Source: Geopsychrobacteraceae bacterium (lineage in GTDB: Bacteria; Desulfobacterota; Desulfuromonadia; Desulfuromonadales; Geopsychrobacteraceae). Taken from it: 64,000 bases of DNA. The translations under genes and the position numbers were made by a program. Positions within the stretch are counted from its first letter, which is position 1. Each line of letters starts with the position of its first letter. Location: contig OY759353.1 in NCBI GenBank assembly GCA_963662315.1, positions 608,001-672,000 of the forward strand. Direction: 5' to 3'. A model generated the notes under the pieces. That model saw only the letters and a program-made list of their open reading frames with translations. It searched no databases and was not told the DNA's origin. Of the stretch, positions 58,426 to 64,000 are shown one piece after another.

Positions 58426-59960
58426 AAAAGGTTATCCTTGGCTGCTTTCTGTTTCTCGGTTTATCTGTGTCGGCTTATGCGGGTTCTGTGCCGGAAGAAA
58501 TGAAGCGCTTGGCTGCGCTTGGGCTTGAGCATAATCTGGGGTTAAAAATCGAGAAGGCGCAGGTTTTGGTGCAGAGGGAACAGAGCACTATAGAAGAATC
58601 TCAATTTGACAGTTCTGCCTTTGCCTCCACCAGTTATGAAAAAAAATCAAGCCCCTATGAGTCTGTTACCGGCGCGAGCGGCGCGTTGACCAGTGATCAG
58701 GTTGATAGCGAGCTCGGGCTGAAAAAACGGCTGCTGACCGGTGCGGAGATAAGTGCGGTCATGTCATCGCAATGGATCAGCGATAATGACTACAGTAATG
58801 ACCTCGATAACCGTTATCGTACGGCTTTTGTCGTTGAGCTGAATCAGCCCTTGTTAAAGGGGCGTGGGACAGCCATTAATACAACCGCCCTGTCGCAAAG
58901 CAAAAACGCTGAACGGCAACGTGCCCTGGCCTACCTGGTCAAGGTTCAGGCCTATTTACTTAATCTGGAAACGACCTATTGGAATTGCCTGTCCAGTCAG
59001 CAGCTGGTTGCTCTACGTCGCGAGGCTCTTGAACTGGCCCAAAGTCTGGTTGACGCTAATCAGAAAAAGTTCGCGGCGGGGCAGGTGGCCATCACCGAGG
59101 TTCAGGAAGCTCAGACCGCTGCTGCAGACAGGGAGTTAAGTCTGTCCCAGTCCCGACAGCAGTTTGAACTGCAGAGAGAAGCGTTACGCCGCTTAGTTAA
59201 CAGCAAGCTTCCCGAAGGTGTTTTCAGTGAACAATTAGGTACTATGGAAGCCGATTCAGCAGCTTTTGATGATTCTGATCTGGACCAGATGGCAGCAACG
59301 GCCAGGGTGCGTCGCCTTGAATATCAGATTGCCGAGTTGGACGTTGAAAACAGCAGGTTGGCCCTGGCGGCACGGCAAAATGCCTTGAACCCACAACTTG
59401 ATTTAAATCTGAAGGCAGGGGTGAATGGTTTGGCTGGGGATGATCGGGGTAATGTCCCGGGCAGTCGCTATCAGGGGCAATACAGCGATTCATTAGAGAG
59501 TTTAAGCAAGGCGGATGGTTATCAATGGCAGATAGGACTTAATTTTTCTATGCCCCTGGGGCGTCGGGAAGCCAACGCAAAAGCAAATCAGGTCCGTTAC
59601 CAGTTGCGCAATTACCAGTATTCCTTGCAAGATCTTGAACTGCAGATCAGTGATGAGATCGCCAAACAGGCGATTCTGGTGTCCCGGGCGAAAGAACAGC
59701 TTGATATCTCCAGTCAGTTTTCCGCTTTGGCCAATACGTCCCTTCAGCAGGAAGAGCGCAAGCTTCGTGAAGGTCTTTCCAATACGTTTCGTATGATTAC
59801 CTTCCAGGAACGCATGGTTAATGCCAGGATTGGCCGTATTCAGGCCATGACTGCATATCAGCAGGCCCTGGCCGGAATGAGTCAGGCGCTGGGCGATACT
59901 TTTTCACGTTATGAACTGGTTATGGTTTCTGATCCAGAGGAGTTTTCTTTTGAAGAATAA
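58422..59960 (+). CDS. TolC-family outer-membrane efflux protein
   Basis: Signal peptide, L.HN..L, LNQPLLKG.G, P.LDL, GL.FSMPLG. Operon position before MFP and RND genes. Confidence 0.88.
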   Translation: MKKVILGCFLFLGLSVSAYAGSVPEEMKRLAALGLEHNLGLKIEKAQVLVQREQSTIEESQFDSSAFASTSYEKKSSPYESVTGASGALTSDQVDSELGLKKRLLTGAEISAVMSSQWISDNDYSNDLDNRYRTAFVVELNQPLLKGRGTAINTTALSQSKNAERQRALAYLVKVQAYLLNLETTYWNCLSSQQLVALRREALELAQSLVDANQKKFAAGQVAITEVQEAQTAAADRELSLSQSRQQFELQREALRRLVNSKLPEGVFSEQLGTMEADSAAFDDSDLDQMAATARVRRLEYQIAELDVENSRLALAARQNALNPQLDLNLKAGVNGLAGDDRGNVPGSRYQGQYSDSLESLSKADGYQWQIGLNFSMPLGRREANAKANQVRYQLRNYQYSLQDLELQISDEIAKQAILVSRAKEQLDISSQFSALANTSLQQEERKLREGLSNTFRMITFQERMVNARIGRIQAMTAYQQALAGMSQALGDTFSRYELVMVSDPEEFSFEE

Positions 59961-59961
59961 A

Positions 59962-61017
59962 ATGCAAAAAATCATCTTATATGGTTTTGTCTTGTTGTAT
60001 TTTCTCCTTATTGCCGGCTGCAAGGAAAACTCGGCTGAGGAAATCGTGCCTGTAGCACCAGTTACGAAGCAGATTCCGGTAGAAGTCGAGAGCGTTGTCA
60101 AAAGCGATCTGCAGGAATCCTTTACCTTGCCCGTCGGTCTTGAAGCCTGGGAAGATCTGACCATTGCCGCCGAGATTTCCGGGGTCATTGAAAAAATCTA
60201 TTACGAAGAGGGGGATGCCGTTGCCATTGGCGACGCGTTGCTTGATATCGATTCAAAAACCATTAAAAGTCTCCTCAGTAAAGATCAGAGTACGGTAGAT
60301 GTTTTGAAGAGTAAGTTAAGCCGTTATCAGGCTCTTTTGCGCGACGGGCTGGTCAGTCAGCAGGAGTATGATGATCTTGACAACAGCCTGACCGCTGCGG
60401 AAGCTGCCTTGCAGGCGACACGTATTCAAATGGCCGACAGTAAACCGAAAGCTCCGGTGCGCGGTATTGTTGATCGCCTGTATGTTGACCGCGGTGAGTT
60501 CATTGAACGCGGCAAGCCACTGTTGAGGCTGGTGCAGGTTGACAGATTGAAGGCCATTGCCAATGTCCCGGAAAAAGATGTTCCGTTTCTGCATAAAGGG
60601 CAAGCGGTGGATCTGGTTCCCGCTGAAATCCTCAGTGATGAGGTCCAGACTCTGCGCGGAACGATTGAATACATTGCCTATGCAGCTGATGAGGCAACCC
60701 GTACCTACCGTACCCGTATTATTCTGGATAACAAGGATATGAGGCTGCGACCGGGGATGATCGTGCGGGCAGGTTTTGTGCGTCGCCAGTTGAAGTCTGT
60801 TTTCTCCGCGCCTTTGTTTGCCGTTATTGACAAGGAAGGGGACAAGGTTGTTTTTGTGCAGGACGGTGATGTCGCTCGCGAGGTCAAGGTTCAGGTAGGC
60901 GCTTCAATTGGCGACCGGGTCGTCATTGTGCATGGCCTTGAAGAGGGGCAACATATCATTGTTAAAGGGCAGCAGTTGCTAGTTGATGGTACTGCAATCG
61001 TGGTCAGAGGACGCTGA
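59962..61017 (+). CDS. RND periplasmic adaptor (MFP), probable lipoprotein
   Basis: LIAGC lipobox, EISGVIEKI..EEGD.V..GD.L, APVRG, LRPGM, GLEEG..IIVKGQ. Confidence 0.9.
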   Translation: MQKIILYGFVLLYFLLIAGCKENSAEEIVPVAPVTKQIPVEVESVVKSDLQESFTLPVGLEAWEDLTIAAEISGVIEKIYYEEGDAVAIGDALLDIDSKTIKSLLSKDQSTVDVLKSKLSRYQALLRDGLVSQQEYDDLDNSLTAAEAALQATRIQMADSKPKAPVRGIVDRLYVDRGEFIERGKPLLRLVQVDRLKAIANVPEKDVPFLHKGQAVDLVPAEILSDEVQTLRGTIEYIAYAADEATRTYRTRIILDNKDMRLRPGMIVRAGFVRRQLKSVFSAPLFAVIDKEGDKVVFVQDGDVAREVKVQVGASIGDRVVIVHGLEEGQHIIVKGQQLLVDGTAIVVRGR

Positions 61018-61018
61018 T

Positions 61019-64000
61019 ATGCTCATTGCCAATGCTGCTATCGATCGGCGTAGCACTGTTTTTGCCCTGATGCTTATCATCGTGATCGTTGGCATTTACA
61101 GTTATGTTGTCCTGCCCCGTGAATCAACTCCTGACATCACCATTCCTTATGTGCTGGTTGTCACCCCCTATGAGGGGGTTTCTCCCGGCGATATCGAAAG
61201 TTTGATCACCCACCCCATAGAGCGAAAGCTTAAGGGCCTCAAGGATGTGGAAGAAATCCGCTCCGTCAGTGCCGAGGGCTCGTCGATGATCACCATCGAA
61301 TTTGTTCCCGATATTGACATTGACAATGCGCTGCAACGGGTTCGCGACAAGGTTGATCAGGCTAAGGGAGATCTGCCCACCGATCTGGAAAATGATCCGT
61401 CGATTCTGGAGATCAATCTGTCTGAATTTCCCATTCTCATGGTGTCCGTGTCGGGGGCTGTCTCTGAAACGGTGCTGAAGGCCGTGGGGGAAGAACTGGA
61501 AGATCGGATTGAAGAAATTTCCGGGGTTCTTGATGTTGTTGTCAGTGGCGCACGGGAGCGTGAGGTCCGGGTCGAGTTTGATCCTGATCGTCTTTATGCC
61601 TATCGCATACCTTTAAGTGAAGTGATACGCTCGATCCGGGCGGAAAATGTCAATATACCTGGGGGCAGTATTGATATTGGCTCCGGGAAATACCTGCTGC
61701 GGGTACCGGGAGAATTCACTGATCCGGCAGAAATAGATAACCTGGTTCTGACTCAGCGCGATGGCAAGGCCATATATTTTAAAGACGTGGCCAAAATCGT
61801 GGATACTTTTGAGGACCGCCAAAGTATTTCCCGCCTCAATGGAGAACGCAGCATCACGCTGGCGATAAAAAAGCGCACCGGGGCCAATATTATTTCCGTT
61901 GCCGACCAGGTGTTCGGTCTGCTTGCCGTTGCCCAGGATCAATTGCCGCCGGGGGTCGATCTTGCCGTTACGCTTAATCAGTCCAAAGATATCCGGCGCA
62001 TGGTTTCTGAGCTGGAAAACAATATTATCAGCGGTCTTATTCTGGTTGTTGTGGTCCTGTTCCTGTTTCTCGGGTTTCGGAACTCCTTCTTCGTGGCTCT
62101 GGCTATTCCGTTCTCCATGCTGATTTCCTTTGCCGTGCTGCAATTGCTCGGAATGACTTTGAACATGGTTGTTCTGTTCAGCCTGATTCTGGCCTTGGGT
62201 ATGCTTGTCGATAACGCCATTGTCGTTGTCGAAAACACCTTCCGTCATATGCAGGAAGGGCACAGTGGCATTGATGCCGCAAAAATCGCGGCCGGGGAGG
62301 TCGGCTGGCCGGTTATCAGTTCGACCGTTACGACGTTGTGTGCATTTTTCCCGATGATTTTCTGGCCCGGGATCATGGGGGAGTTCATGAAGTTTCTTCC
62401 CCAGACCCTGATCATTACCTTGACGGCTTCCCTTTTTGTCGCCCTGGTCATTAACCCGACCATGTGTGGCCATTTTATGTCCCTGAGCAAAAAGGACCTG
62501 AACGCGCATCGTGATACCAGCCGAGTCATCAAGTTTTATGGTGCTTCGCTTGAGTTTGCCCTTAATCATCGTTTTTTGGTGGTGCTGGCTTCGGTGGTGC
62601 TGTTGATTAGTATATCCGCATTTTATTTTGTCCTGGGGCACGGCATCGAATTATTCCCTGATATTCAGCCCAACCGCGCCTACGTTGAAATAAAAGCTCC
62701 TGAAGGTACCAATCTGCAGACCAGTAATGAGCTGGCTGAAGTGGTCGAAAAATTTGCCCTTGAGGAAAAGGATATTCGCTTTGTCATTTCTGAGGTCGGA
62801 ACGTCCAGCAATGACCAGGGGGGGAATGCCATGCAGTCGAACCTGAGCAAGGTGACCCTCGATTTTCACGAACGTGACGACCGTAAGGAGGACTCCCGCA
62901 CCGTTCTTGATCGTCTGCGCAAGGCTGTTGCCCCCTTGGCGGGTGCTGAATTCAAGGTTGAAAAGCAGGAAGAGGGGCCGCCGACCGGTCCTCCTGTCAG
63001 TGTCGAGATCAGTGGCGATGATATTGATGTGCTGGCCGATCTGGTCAACGACGCCCGGGTGCGGATAAAAGATGTTTCCGGCCTTGTTGACCTGAAGGAT
63101 GATCTGGCCAAGGCTAAACCGGAAATCAGGATCGATGTCGATCGAGAAAAAGCCAGCCTGCTGGGGTTATCCACGGCTGAAATCTCTGAGATGGTTAAGG
63201 CGGCTATTGGCGGTACCAAGCTTGGCGTCTATCGTGAGGGTGAGGATGAGTACGATATTATTGCCCGCTTACCGGAAGCCCGGCGCCAGTCTGTTGCGGA
63301 TATTCAGAATCTTCTGATCCCTGCTGGCGATGGTTCGCCTGTGCCGCTGTCGACCGTCGCCAGTATCCGTATTGCGGCCGGGTTTGGGGCTATTCGCCAC
63401 ATCGATCAGAAGCGGGTTGTTACCATCAGTGCCGATACGTATGGGCGTAACAGCAACGAAGTGTTGCTTGATGTACAGAAGCGTCTGGCCGGATTGCACC
63501 TGCCGGCTGGTTATCAGGTGAATTATTCCGGTGAGCAGGAAGAACAGCAAAAAGCCTCTGCCTTTCTGGGGAAGGCGTTTGTTGCTGCCATCCTGTTAAT
63601 CATGCTGGTTCTGATCACCCAGTTTAATTCGTTTCTACAGACCCTGATCGTTATGAGCTCAGTTGTTCTGTCATTAACCGGAGTGTTTCTTGGTTTAATG
63701 ATTACGGCAACGCCTTTCGGCATTATCATGACCGGTATCGGAATCATTTCACTGGCCGGTGTGGTGGTTAATAACGCGATCGTGCTGATTGATTATATCA
63801 ATCAGCTGATCAAAGAAGGGTTGGAGGTGAAAAGCGCCTTGATTCGCGCTGGAATCGTGCGTTTTAGGCCGGTCATGCTGACCGCAGCGACGACCATACT
63901 CGGTCTGTTACCTATGGCTCTGGGCGTCAGCTTCAATTTCAAAAGTTTTGTCTGGGAGATCGGTGGCGAGTCGGCCGACTGGTGGGGCCCCATGGCGGTG
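61019..64000 (+). CDS. RND efflux permease (AcrB/HAE1 family), 3'-partial
   Basis: Not in the ORF track because it has no stop in the window. MLIANAAIDRRSTVF...LPRESTPDI, GMLVDNAIVVVEN, GVVVNNAIVLID, RFRPVMLT. Confidence 0.93.
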   Translation, partial: MLIANAAIDRRSTVFALMLIIVIVGIYSYVVLPRESTPDITIPYVLVVTPYEGVSPGDIESLITHPIERKLKGLKDVEEIRSVSAEGSSMITIEFVPDIDIDNALQRVRDKVDQAKGDLPTDLENDPSILEINLSEFPILMVSVSGAVSETVLKAVGEELEDRIEEISGVLDVVVSGAREREVRVEFDPDRLYAYRIPLSEVIRSIRAENVNIPGGSIDIGSGKYLLRVPGEFTDPAEIDNLVLTQRDGKAIYFKDVAKIVDTFEDRQSISRLNGERSITLAIKKRTGANIISVADQVFGLLAVAQDQLPPGVDLAVTLNQSKDIRRMVSELENNIISGLILVVVVLFLFLGFRNSFFVALAIPFSMLISFAVLQLLGMTLNMVVLFSLILALGMLVDNAIVVVENTFRHMQEGHSGIDAAKIAAGEVGWPVISSTVTTLCAFFPMIFWPGIMGEFMKFLPQTLIITLTASLFVALVINPTMCGHFMSLSKKDLNAHRDTSRVIKFYGASLEFALNHRFLVVLASVVLLISISAFYFVLGHGIELFPDIQPNRAYVEIKAPEGTNLQTSNELAEVVEKFALEEKDIRFVISEVGTSSNDQGGNAMQSNLSKVTLDFHERDDRKEDSRTVLDRLRKAVAPLAGAEFKVEKQEEGPPTGPPVSVEISGDDIDVLADLVNDARVRIKDVSGLVDLKDDLAKAKPEIRIDVDREKASLLGLSTAEISEMVKAAIGGTKLGVYREGEDEYDIIARLPEARRQSVADIQNLLIPAGDGSPVPLSTVASIRIAAGFGAIRHIDQKRVVTISADTYGRNSNEVLLDVQKRLAGLHLPAGYQVNYSGEQEEQQKASAFLGKAFVAAILLIMLVLITQFNSFLQTLIVMSSVVLSLTGVFLGLMITATPFGIIMTGIGIISLAGVVVNNAIVLIDYINQLIKEGLEVKSALIRAGIVRFRPVMLTAATTILGLLPMALGVSFNFKSFVWEIGGESADWWGPMAV

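Noticed and set aside
61613..62641. 342-aa minus-strand ORF
   Set aside because: Shadow of the plus-strand RND permease starting at 61019, which the track missed because it runs off the window.

Overview
64-kb chromosomal window whose gene content and protein style suggest a Desulfuromonadales-type deltaproteobacterium (inference). (1) 1-2.5 kb: nested IS remnants (IS66 inside IS256 inside an IS3-type fragment, beside a second IS66 end). (2) 2.5-13.2 kb: PEP-CTERM/exosortase locus with two PEP-CTERM substrates, a sigma-54 promoter with paired TGT-N11-ACA sites, exosortase, epsI and prsK-prsR. It is interrupted by a GxxExxY pseudogene, a beta-CASP MBL nuclease and an MNT-HEPN toxin-antitoxin pair. 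Five intergenic spacers here each carry a copy of one structured inverted-repeat element family; one arm is attached to the GxxExxY gene, and three copies are nested inside a second repeat family. This is the best candidate for an undescribed system. (3) 13-30 kb: FN3 protein with an internal sorting-like signal plus lipobox, Crp/Fnr-ygbA, orphan response regulator, tpiA-pgk with a long structured leader, purL-purQ-purF-pyrE, nadB-chorismate mutase, slt, pgsA and 3 tRNA-Gly. (4) 30.6-52.5 kb: ispH-pfaD-pfaA(5 ACP)-pfaBC-oleABCD-pfaE, a PUFA-synthase/olefin cluster. (5) 52.6-64 kb: sugar-dehydrogenase-like propeller, tRNA-Cys, TauE, MEMO1, gltX, PilZ and a TetR-TolC-MFP-RND efflux operon that runs off the window. 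All calls come from reading motifs by eye; no searches were run.
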